The notes under the pieces: generated by a model
Seen by the model: the letters and a program-made list of their open reading frames with translations, nothing else
Told to the model about the DNA's origin: nothing
Databases searched by the model: none
Made by a program: the position numbers and the translations under genes
In this document: one piece after another, positions 16,711 through 24,252 of the stretch
How the letters are laid out: each line of letters starts with the position of its first letter
Position numbering within the stretch: the stretch's first letter is position 1
Source: Desulfobacteraceae bacterium
Lineage (GTDB): Bacteria; Desulfobacterota; DSM-4660; Desulfatiglandales; HGW-15
Direction of reading: 5' to 3'
Assembly: GCA_050123415.1 (NCBI GenBank)
Contig: JASFHE010000003.1
Coordinates: 7,794-39,793, forward strand
Length of the DNA: 32,000 nt

Positions 16711-17706
16711 TTAAATTTGCTCAACATAAGGTCTTTCTACCTTGAAGACCTTTTTATTTTTATACCTGCCGGCATAACCTTCGAATAGTTTTATATCCTC
16801 AACCTTTGCTATTAACGGATTCTGATAATTTTTATCAAGAATCAGTATATCCCCTTCTCTAAGGTTTAAAAAATCACCGACTGAGAGCGCTGCGTTACCG
16901 AGATCAACATTCATTGTTACTTCTGTTCCTCTCAACTGTCTTTCCATACTCTCTATCCAGTTCCTGTCCAGTTGCGTTACTTCTTCATCATCATCTCTGT
17001 AGTCGCCTGCAAGTTTGTGTCTTATAGGCTGATATGAAGCATATGGAAAACATATGATAACGTTGCCAAGCACCTTGGCAAGTTCAATTTCAAATTTTGT
17101 TGATATGAGCAGTTCTTCACCCGGGATAACATTTACAACAAGAGGATTGCTCTCGGATCTTACAAACTCCGTCTTTATGGGATGCACATCTTCCCATGCC
17201 TCTACAAGGTTATGCAGAGCCATGTGAACAACCTTGTCTATTATCCTGTTTTCGATTGAAGTAAATTCTCTTCCTTCTATCTTTGTGGCTCCGACTCCCG
17301 TTCCTCCGAAATAGGCCTCAACCAGGCTGAATACAAGCCTGCTTTCAACAACAATTATTCCCATTCCCCTTAAAGGCTCTATTTTAAAGAGGTGCATACT
17401 TGTGGGGACAGGCAGGGAACGCTGAAAATCGCTGTATTTGACAGTTTCTATAGGATCAGGGGTAACATCGAGCATCTTGCGAAGTGAATTTGAAAGACTC
17501 CCTCTTAGCTTATGGCTGAACCTGGTGTTTACTACTTCCAGAAGAGGCATATTGCCTCTGATATTCAGCCCGGCGGTAGCCCAGTCAAAGGAGTTAATAT
17601 CCAGATCCTCATCCGCTATATCTAAATCATCGCTGCTGCCGATGTCTCCCGTATCCAGGCCCTTTAACAGGGAATCAACTTCATCTTGTGATAACAGTTT
17701 GTTCAT
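16711..17706 (-). CDS. fliM: Flagellar motor switch protein FliM
   Basis: 331 aa. N-terminal CheY-P-binding motif LSQDEVDSLL, middle domain, and C-terminal SpoA-like domain. Confidence 0.95.
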   Translation of the reverse strand: MNKLLSQDEVDSLLKGLDTGDIGSSDDLDIADEDLDINSFDWATAGLNIRGNMPLLEVVNTRFSHKLRGSLSNSLRKMLDVTPDPIETVKYSDFQRSLPVPTSMHLFKIEPLRGMGIIVVESRLVFSLVEAYFGGTGVGATKIEGREFTSIENRIIDKVVHMALHNLVEAWEDVHPIKTEFVRSESNPLVVNVIPGEELLISTKFEIELAKVLGNVIICFPYASYQPIRHKLAGDYRDDDEEVTQLDRNWIESMERQLRGTEVTMNVDLGNAALSVGDFLNLREGDILILDKNYQNPLIAKVEDIKLFEGYAGRYKNKKVFKVERPYVEQI

Positions 17707-17754
17707 ATTCTAAATTACCAAAACTATATTGTTATTATTTATAAAAACAGGCTA

Positions 17755-18267
17755 TTACTGAACAATAAAGTCCGTGAAATAGACATTCCTGACTTTGCCG
17801 GCTGTCAGGTTCTGGTTAAGGGTTGAAATTATCTCTGCCCTCAGCTGAAACTTGCCTTCAAGTGTGTTGATGTCCTCGTTTGACTTTGAACTGAGCATAG
17901 TAAGGATTGCATCCCTGACCTGCGGAAGGCGTTTTTCTATTTCTATTGTGGTTTTTTCCGAATCGAGCTCAAGTTCCACCTTTGCCTTTAGATAATTTTT
18001 ACCTCGTCCGCCGACCAGGTTAACAATAAAAGTGTCCAGTGAATAGATCGGACCCATCTCCTGTTTGCCTCCCTCTTCATCAAGCGCGGCCTCATCGGGA
18101 TCCCCGGACATTATTCCGCTTTTCCATACATAGATCCCTCCGCCAAGAAGACACAGGACAAGAATACTTATAATAATAAGATTTATCGGTACCTTTTTTC
18201 TCTCAGGCGTGCCTTCCTGAGTTTCCTTGTCTTCTTCCTCTAATTCGTCTTTTTCTTCTTTGGCCAT
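17755..18267 (-). CDS. fliL: Flagellar basal-body-associated protein FliL
   Basis: 170 aa. Charged N-terminus, one TM segment, then the FliL domain (YSLDTFIVNLVGGRGKNYLKAKVELELD...LRAEIISTLNQNLTAGKVRNVYFTDFIVQ). Confidence 0.92.
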   Translation of the reverse strand: MAKEEKDELEEEDKETQEGTPERKKVPINLIIISILVLCLLGGGIYVWKSGIMSGDPDEAALDEEGGKQEMGPIYSLDTFIVNLVGGRGKNYLKAKVELELDSEKTTIEIEKRLPQVRDAILTMLSSKSNEDINTLEGKFQLRAEIISTLNQNLTAGKVRNVYFTDFIVQ

Positions 18268-18295
18268 TTAAAAAAATCTCCCGGTGGATTATTGG

Positions 18296-19060
18296 TTATT
18301 TAAAACTTGTTTCACGCAGGTCCGGTGAAAGAAAGGCATTTAACTTCTGTTCGAGGAGCCTGGGATTATCACCCTTTGCTATGGACATGATACCCTCGGA
18401 CATCAGTCCTTTCATTAAAACTTCTTCTGTGCTTTTAGTTCTTAGTTTTCCTGCTATGGGAAGGCATACGATGTTCGCCATTACCGAACCGTAAAAGGTC
18501 GTTAAAAGGGCAACTGCCATGGCCGGGCCTATACTGCTTGGATCGTCCATTGTCTGAAGCATCTGCACAAGTCCTATCAGGGTGCCGACCATACCCATGG
18601 CAGGTGCAAATGTCCCGAGGGTGGTAAATATATCTGCTCCGAGTTTATGTCTTTCCTTAATATTTTCTATTTCCGTATCAAGTATGTCCTTTATGGAAAC
18701 CGGTTCCAGTCCGTCCACGGAGAGTTGAAGTCCTTTTTTCATAAAATCATCGGAGATTTCATTCAGGGCCGTCTCAAGCGCAAGAATTCCCTCTCTTCTG
18801 GCGGTTCCCGCGAGACCGACAAAGTTGCTGATCAATTCTTTTGCAGTAAAAGGTTTTATGAAGAACGCGTTTTTGACAACCTTTGATACCTTTAACATAT
18901 CGGGAAGAGGGTAGTTAATCATTGCCGCCCCGATAGTGCCGCCAACAACAATCATTAAAGATCGGACTTCAATAAACATGGAAAGTGAACCACCGAACAT
19001 AATTGCCGATAATACGAGAGTGAAGGCGGAAACTATTCCTATAACGGTTGCGATATCCAT
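18296..19060 (-). CDS. motA: Flagellar stator A subunit (MotA/PomA family)
   Basis: 254 aa with four TM segments. MotA/TolQ/ExbB channel signature in the C-terminal pair (FAPAMGMVGTLIGLVQML, AMAVALLTTFYGSVMANIVCLPIAGKL). No motB follows it. Confidence 0.88.
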   Translation of the reverse strand: MDIATVIGIVSAFTLVLSAIMFGGSLSMFIEVRSLMIVVGGTIGAAMINYPLPDMLKVSKVVKNAFFIKPFTAKELISNFVGLAGTARREGILALETALNEISDDFMKKGLQLSVDGLEPVSIKDILDTEIENIKERHKLGADIFTTLGTFAPAMGMVGTLIGLVQMLQTMDDPSSIGPAMAVALLTTFYGSVMANIVCLPIAGKLRTKSTEEVLMKGLMSEGIMSIAKGDNPRLLEQKLNAFLSPDLRETSFK

Positions 19061-19102
19061 AAAAGACTTCTCCAGATATTTAAAGAAATTTACTTACTTT
19101 AA

Positions 19103-19118
19103 AGCAACCTCTGTGCCA
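19103..19118 (-). promoter_or_regulatory. Sigma54 (-24/-12) promoter of the motA...fliA unit
   Basis: The reverse strand reads TGGCACAGAGGTTGCT, an exact match to TGGCAC-N5-TTGCW. It lies 43 nt upstream of the motA ATG (19060). GGAGAAG SD lies in between. Confidence 0.78.
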
Positions 19119-19352
19119 TATTGGATTTAAAAGAAATATATTTTTGTTTGCGGCCTGTATGCGGCGTTAACATGCTGTAATAACAGTATAAAACCATTCG
19201 ATAAGATTTTGATGTGTCAAAGGAATGACGGGAAATTGGTGATAATAACCCTGTAGAACGTGTCAAAATATTGGCAATAATATTTTGAGTAAAGGAATGT
19301 CAAAAAACATTCGTTTTTGAGGCAGAACCGGGGCAATGCCCGATTGGGTGAA

Positions 19353-19399
19353 TGTCTGTCGACAAAGGAAAAAGGGGTGATTTCTTCTGTCGACAGACA
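19353..19399. repeat. Perfect 12-bp inverted repeat with 23-nt spacer, containing two TGTCGACA palindromes
   Basis: TGTCTGTCGACA (19353..19364) and its exact reverse complement TGTCGACAGACA (19388..19399). It lies in the flgE-motA gap. Function unknown (operator pair or RNA stem-loop). Confidence 0.8.
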
Positions 19400-19532
19400 A
19401 TTTACCCATCCGGAGGCAACCATTAAGGCGCCCTGGCAGAAAAACTCTATTAGCTGCTTTACACTTATTGCCTTTTTGTGAATATTCAGATGATCACAGG
19501 GCAGGCATTATACCTTTTATCTTATCAAATCA

Positions 19533-21272
19533 TTATCGTTTCAGGTTGATCAGTTCGGAAAGCATCTGGTCGGTAACGGTAATGATTTTTGAATTTGCCT
19601 GAAAACCTCTCTGCGTGGTAATCATCTTGACAAATTCATTTGCTATATCCACATTGGACTGTTCCAGTGAATTGGGCGCTATGCTTCCAAGACCGTTTGT
19701 GCCCGGAAGGTTTGTTGTTGCAGGACCGCTTTCTCTGGTCTCTCTGTACAGATTACCGCCTTCTTTATAGAGTCCCTGAAGATTTTGAAATTTGGCAAGT
19801 GCTATTTTATAGAGAGGAAGTACCTGCCCGTTGGAATATACCCCGGTAATAAGACCGTCTACATCAACATCAATTCCTTCCAGAGCTCCTGCTCCGTATC
19901 CGTCAGCATCTCGATAGATAGTTGTGGAGCCTTGACCTTCTGCGTATTGGGTTGTGGGCTGTGAATCAGGCACAAATGTTGAGCCGTTCCACCTTAGGCC
20001 CAGGTCAAGAGCTATATCCATGCCTGTTGAGCTACCGCCGATAAAATCTGCTGAAAATTCATAATAGCCATCGCTATTAATATTGGATATGTCACTGGCA
20101 GTCCAATCATCGGAACCTTTAATGTCGATTTGTATTGTTTCATTTGCTGCTGCGGGTGGGGTGAGCTTAATTGTAACATCGGTACCGGCTGTCCCTCCGA
20201 AATCAATATTTATCTGATCTGCTGTTCCGGTTATGGTTACTCCTGTCATGGCAGCTCCAGTGCTGGCGTCAATCCAATTTGTACCGTTCCATTCCAGATC
20301 ACCTCCCTGGGTAGTCCAGTTGGCCGCCTCAGCAGCAGTCAGTTCTTCCGGATTGTTTACAATAACTTCGACATCGCCGTTGGGGTTATTGGTATAATAT
20401 GTACCAGTACTGCTGTCACAGGTTACCGCCTGAACGGCTCCTGTTGACCCAGTGAGTTCTGACATTGTAATGCCTGTTATAAAACCTTCAGACTCATTAA
20501 ACGAAAGGGTTCCCCGTGCCAGTAGCCCGGCATTTCTTGTTCCTGCCATGCCTGCTCTTTTATCTTCATCCGGATTGCAGGTTATAATATACTCCCATTC
20601 CGAATCCGATATTTTGTCATAAATTATTGTAACATCATGTGTGCTGCCTAATGAATCATATGCCTTGACAGGTGTCTGATATTCATAAGCTGTAGCTGCT
20701 ATCGGAGGAGATTGTGTCCCATCCCAGGAGCTTGACAGGATTGAAGAGAGGCTCTTTGCATTCCCGTCAAGATTAGCAATAATATTTATGTTTTCCGTTT
20801 GCTGTGGCGGTGAGGTGAATGAGTCCATTGCAATATCAGTTGTAGTGCCGATAATATTTCCCAGTGCGTCGACCTCCCAGCCCTGTACAACATAGCCTTC
20901 GGGATTTATCATATTACCTTCCCTGTCAAAACGAAAGTTGCCGGCCCTGGTATAGTAGAGACTGTTGGAGCCAGCCTCTCTTACTGCGAAAAAACCGTCA
21001 CCGCCTATTGCCAGGTCAGTTGTGTTACCTGTTGATTCAAAGGAACCTTGTTCAAATGTGGCATAGATATCCGAAAGTGCGGTACCCCGGCCAACCTGTG
21101 ATGTGCCTGCCCTTGTAAACATGTTCTGGCTTAAAAGGTCCTGAAATGTAAAACTGCTGCTTTTAAAAGCAACTGTGTTTACGTTTGAAATGTTGTCACC
21201 TATAATCTGCATAGCATTACCCAGATTACTTAAACCGCTTATTCCTGAAAAAAGTGCGCTTGATAGAGCCAT
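19533..21272 (-). CDS. flgE: Flagellar hook protein FlgE (long form with large variable central domain)
   Basis: 579 aa. N-terminus MALSSALFSGISGLSNLGNAMQIIGDNISNVNT and C-terminus LEQSNVDIANEFVKMITTQRGFQANSKIITVTDQMLSELINLKR. AGGAGG SD. Follows flgD. Confidence 0.95.
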   Translation of the reverse strand: MALSSALFSGISGLSNLGNAMQIIGDNISNVNTVAFKSSSFTFQDLLSQNMFTRAGTSQVGRGTALSDIYATFEQGSFESTGNTTDLAIGGDGFFAVREAGSNSLYYTRAGNFRFDREGNMINPEGYVVQGWEVDALGNIIGTTTDIAMDSFTSPPQQTENINIIANLDGNAKSLSSILSSSWDGTQSPPIAATAYEYQTPVKAYDSLGSTHDVTIIYDKISDSEWEYIITCNPDEDKRAGMAGTRNAGLLARGTLSFNESEGFITGITMSELTGSTGAVQAVTCDSSTGTYYTNNPNGDVEVIVNNPEELTAAEAANWTTQGGDLEWNGTNWIDASTGAAMTGVTITGTADQINIDFGGTAGTDVTIKLTPPAAANETIQIDIKGSDDWTASDISNINSDGYYEFSADFIGGSSTGMDIALDLGLRWNGSTFVPDSQPTTQYAEGQGSTTIYRDADGYGAGALEGIDVDVDGLITGVYSNGQVLPLYKIALAKFQNLQGLYKEGGNLYRETRESGPATTNLPGTNGLGSIAPNSLEQSNVDIANEFVKMITTQRGFQANSKIITVTDQMLSELINLKR

Positions 21273-21335
21273 AATTACCTCCTGTTTGCCTCCCTAGAGT
21301 TTGTTGTTTTCCGGTTTCTGGCCGGATATTAAAGG

Positions 21336-22019
21336 TTATTCTGTTTCTGTTTCGTTTTCATTGAAGTTAATATTTTTTAATTGAGCCATGGTTAGCGGTA
21401 TCTGATCTATATACATGACCGGCTCTTCCGATTCCATATTTACCCTTGTGATCGTGCCCTGTATGTATTTCTCACTTGCTACGATATCTCCTGAAGGAGA
21501 AACAGCCCTCAATGCATAGATATACATACCTGATGTAAGAAGATTTCCTTCATCATCCAAGCCTTCCCACTCAAAGGTATGGTTTCCGGCTTCAAGAAGA
21601 TCCAGTTCTATATCCCTGATTGCATTCCCGTCTTCATCATATATGCGTATCACGCATTCGGCAGTTTCTTCCAAATGGAAGGCGCCTTTGGCAGATTCTC
21701 CATCACTGAGTATCAGTTTATTGCTTTCTGCCTGGACTTCCTTTCCTATAAGGTTAAGAACCTGATACCTGCTGTCATTACTCTGAATACTTTCAATTGA
21801 TTCAAGATTCTCGTTAACATTATAAAGCTGTTCCAGTGTACTGAATTGTGCCAGTTGCGCGCTGAACTGGCTTGTATCCATTGGATTGAGAGGATCCTGA
21901 TGATTCATCTGAGCAAGAAAGAGCTTCATGAACGCATCACGTCCAAGTCTGTCCTCTTCAGGAGTTGCATAGGGATTTTCTTCTTCGAAATGGGGTAATG
22001 CATTAATTCCTGATACCAT
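21336..22019 (-). CDS. flgD: Flagellar hook assembly/capping protein FlgD
   Basis: 227 aa with the conserved N-terminal segment LGRDAFMKLFLAQMNHQDPLNPMDTSQFSAQLAQFSTLEQ. Located between fliK and flgE. Confidence 0.93.
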   Translation of the reverse strand: MVSGINALPHFEEENPYATPEEDRLGRDAFMKLFLAQMNHQDPLNPMDTSQFSAQLAQFSTLEQLYNVNENLESIESIQSNDSRYQVLNLIGKEVQAESNKLILSDGESAKGAFHLEETAECVIRIYDEDGNAIRDIELDLLEAGNHTFEWEGLDDEGNLLTSGMYIYALRAVSPSGDIVASEKYIQGTITRVNMESEEPVMYIDQIPLTMAQLKNINFNENETETE

Positions 22020-22041
22020 TTATTAAGTCCTCTCTTTCTCT

Positions 22042-24027
22042 CTATACATGAATGTCTATCTGACTATCGTCTATCAGATTTTTATTGATTGATTGAGAAG
22101 CCTGTATCCCTTCGGGATCATCTGTGATTAATCCTGATTCCTGAGAATTACGTCCCGGGCGTTTTCCGTTCTTTCCTTCTGCCCAGGTGTTGCTGTCTCT
22201 CGGTTCACCGTAATCAAGGCCGACCATCACATCAAACCTGTCAACGGTCAGGCCCTGGTCATTCAACTGCTGTTTGAGTTGATTCAGATTTGCCTCTATT
22301 ATTTCCTTAACAACAGCATTTTCGGTGCCGAGGCTCGCGTGGATGTGACCGTTTTTAATTGTAAGATCTATATCCAGCTTTCCAAGGTCCGGAGGTGTTA
22401 TCTGCAGCCTGCTTTTATATTCACCTGTCCGGATCATGATCATCATTTTATCTACGATCCTTGGAAGCGGATCAGGAAGACTGGCTGAGGTATTGGGCTG
22501 ATTGACTTTCCCGATGTTTTTTATTTCTTTTTCATGGGAAATATTGAGGCCGGATATATCCTGGGTTTCTTTTACCGGAAAGTCACTGCTGTCTTTTCCC
22601 GCGGAACCATGCCTGAGAGTCTGTGCATTGCCTTCGGCTGATTTTGCAAGCTGAGCGGCATTTGCTTTTCTCTCTGCCATTTTAAGAATTTCCGTAAGGT
22701 TCAGTTTCAGGCTCCCCTGGTCTGCTGCTGAAAATAAAGGATCATTTTTTATTGCCCAAGAGACTTTATCACTTAACATGGATGACTTTAGAGTATTATC
22801 AGTTAGACCGTTATTTATTTTTAGACTGAAGGAATCGAGAAAACTCTTAAGGTCCCTGTCAGAAGCCCCCTTGCTTTTCAGGAATGCGGCAATGTCCTCT
22901 TTTATTGGATCCCCGAGCACTCCTGAGATAACCTGTTTTTCTCCCTTGAGGATACTGAGCATTTTTTGGTTGCCGGGATCAGCTTCTCCGGATGCAGCGC
23001 CTTTTTCAAGGTTTATTTTTGTAAAGGCCATATCAAGCTTTTCTAAAAGGGTTTTGATATCTTCTTCCATGATACCCTTTTCCTTCAGTATGGCCTCAAT
23101 ATTCTGCATTATTTCCTTTTGGGACTTATCTGTAAGATTTAAACCTGCATCTGTCTTTGAATCCTCTGTGTTGAACAGGCGTTCATTGACCTGGATATTG
23201 TTTTTTGAAAAGAGTGAGATAAGATCAGATTCCGAGAGAGGTCCTGATAAATATTTATTAAGCTCAGCCGAAAGTTTTCCCAGTTCAAGTTCACCTTTGC
23301 CGTTTTTACTGTTCTCGATAATTTTTTTTACGTCTCCAACCCCTAATCCCATTTTAAAAAGAATTTCCTGTACACCCGGGATCTGGGACGATTCGATAAA
23401 AGATCTGTCTTTCTTATCTCCGGTCAAAAGATCATTTATATTTCCTGTCAGAGAGGTATTCTTATTATGAAGGCTGGAAAAGAAAGTTCCGAAATTATCA
23501 GGATTAACACCCTGTTCACTCAGGAAAGATGAAAACAGGTCTTTGAATGATGACACAAGCATCAGACCCTGTTTATTTGCTGTCGAGCTGATACCGGACA
23601 GGCCTGCCAGTACTTTATCAAGCCGGATAGAGCCGTTGCTGTCTTTTGAAGAGGAAATGACCTGGTTGATATCTTTTAAAGAGAATCCCTGCTTTTCCAG
23701 GAATGCTATAAGCGGATTCTGCAGGGAGTCAGGTACAATCAGATCTTCATTTTTGTGCTGCCTGTTTCCTGATGAGTTTTTTCCGGGTGAACTTATTTCG
23801 GCATTTAAATTTTCAGAATTTGATCTTAATCCTGAATTTAAGGAACTATTAGCGCTGTTATCTGAATATAATGTTGAATCCCAGCTGCTGTTACTGTCTC
23901 TCCCGCTAAGGCTGTCAAATATGGCCTGAAAGATATCATCACCTTTACTGTTTGCTGGTTTAAATCCTTCGGATGTTCCGACTCTGCTGGGTGTCGGTAG
24001 CATATTTATATCTGGCAGTGTACTCAT
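22042..24027 (-). CDS. fliK: Flagellar hook-length control protein FliK
   Basis: 661 aa. Long S/N/K-rich N-terminal region. C-terminal Flg_hook-type domain (SRLQITPPDLGKLDIDLTIKNGHIHASLGTENAVVKEIIEANLNQLKQQLNDQGLTVDRFDVMV). Order is ylxF-like, fliK, flgD, flgE. Confidence 0.88.
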   Translation of the reverse strand: MSTLPDINMLPTPSRVGTSEGFKPANSKGDDIFQAIFDSLSGRDSNSSWDSTLYSDNSANSSLNSGLRSNSENLNAEISSPGKNSSGNRQHKNEDLIVPDSLQNPLIAFLEKQGFSLKDINQVISSSKDSNGSIRLDKVLAGLSGISSTANKQGLMLVSSFKDLFSSFLSEQGVNPDNFGTFFSSLHNKNTSLTGNINDLLTGDKKDRSFIESSQIPGVQEILFKMGLGVGDVKKIIENSKNGKGELELGKLSAELNKYLSGPLSESDLISLFSKNNIQVNERLFNTEDSKTDAGLNLTDKSQKEIMQNIEAILKEKGIMEEDIKTLLEKLDMAFTKINLEKGAASGEADPGNQKMLSILKGEKQVISGVLGDPIKEDIAAFLKSKGASDRDLKSFLDSFSLKINNGLTDNTLKSSMLSDKVSWAIKNDPLFSAADQGSLKLNLTEILKMAERKANAAQLAKSAEGNAQTLRHGSAGKDSSDFPVKETQDISGLNISHEKEIKNIGKVNQPNTSASLPDPLPRIVDKMMIMIRTGEYKSRLQITPPDLGKLDIDLTIKNGHIHASLGTENAVVKEIIEANLNQLKQQLNDQGLTVDRFDVMVGLDYGEPRDSNTWAEGKNGKRPGRNSQESGLITDDPEGIQASQSINKNLIDDSQIDIHV

Positions 24028-24073
24028 TAAGTTTCCTTATATATAAAATTTAGTCATCGTTGATTTCCTATTA

Positions 24074-24089
24074 AGCAATGGCTGTGCCA
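24074..24089 (-). promoter_or_regulatory. Sigma54 (-24/-12) promoter of the fliK-flgD-flgE unit
   Basis: The reverse strand reads TGGCACAGCCATTGCT, an exact consensus match. It lies 47 nt upstream of the fliK ATG (24027). Confidence 0.78.
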
Positions 24090-24252
24090 AAACATGCCAA
24101 ATGAAAAAAGGCAATAAAAACAAGGTAATATGGGTATGAAATTTGTTTGGATGGCATTTCGCAATGGTAAAAATTACCATTTGTAAATATGGCTGGGAAA
24201 TTTTTTCCCGGTGGATTGTTTAGAAATGTCCGGGTGAGGTATAAAAAGGCTG

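Noticed and set aside
19260-19275. 16-mer GTGTCAAAATATTGGC shared 14/16 with GTGTCGAAATATTGAC at 31406..31421 (both upstream of sigma54 promoters). A related pair, AAATATTGAC / GTCAATATTT, forms a 10-bp inverted repeat at 31412..31421 and 31468..31477.
   Set aside because: My rough estimate for two AT-rich gaps of about 500 bp gives an expected count near one for a 14/16 match. The distances to the promoters also differ (about 145 bp versus about 250 bp). I treat this as possibly chance unless genome-wide motif discovery supports it.
19295-19312. Hairpin GAATGT-CAAAAA-ACATTC, followed by a T-run on the plus strand. Possible terminator downstream of flgE.
   Set aside because: The stem is only 6 AU-rich bp. 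The U-tract is on the strand that has no upstream gene. On the flgE strand it is followed by CUUUACUC, so it is not a credible intrinsic terminator.
19217-19423. 68-aa minus-strand ORF in the flgE-motA gap, at the position where flbD would be expected.
   Set aside because: The sequence (MVASGWVNCLSTEEITPFSFVDRH...) does not resemble FlbD. It is C/F/Y-rich with no SD. It is built across the 12-bp inverted repeat and other dyads, so the region is better explained as regulatory or non-coding.
24152-24163. Plus-strand TGGCATTTCGCA in the fliK upstream gap.
   Set aside because: The GG to GC spacing is 6 nt instead of 10, and no plus-strand gene follows.
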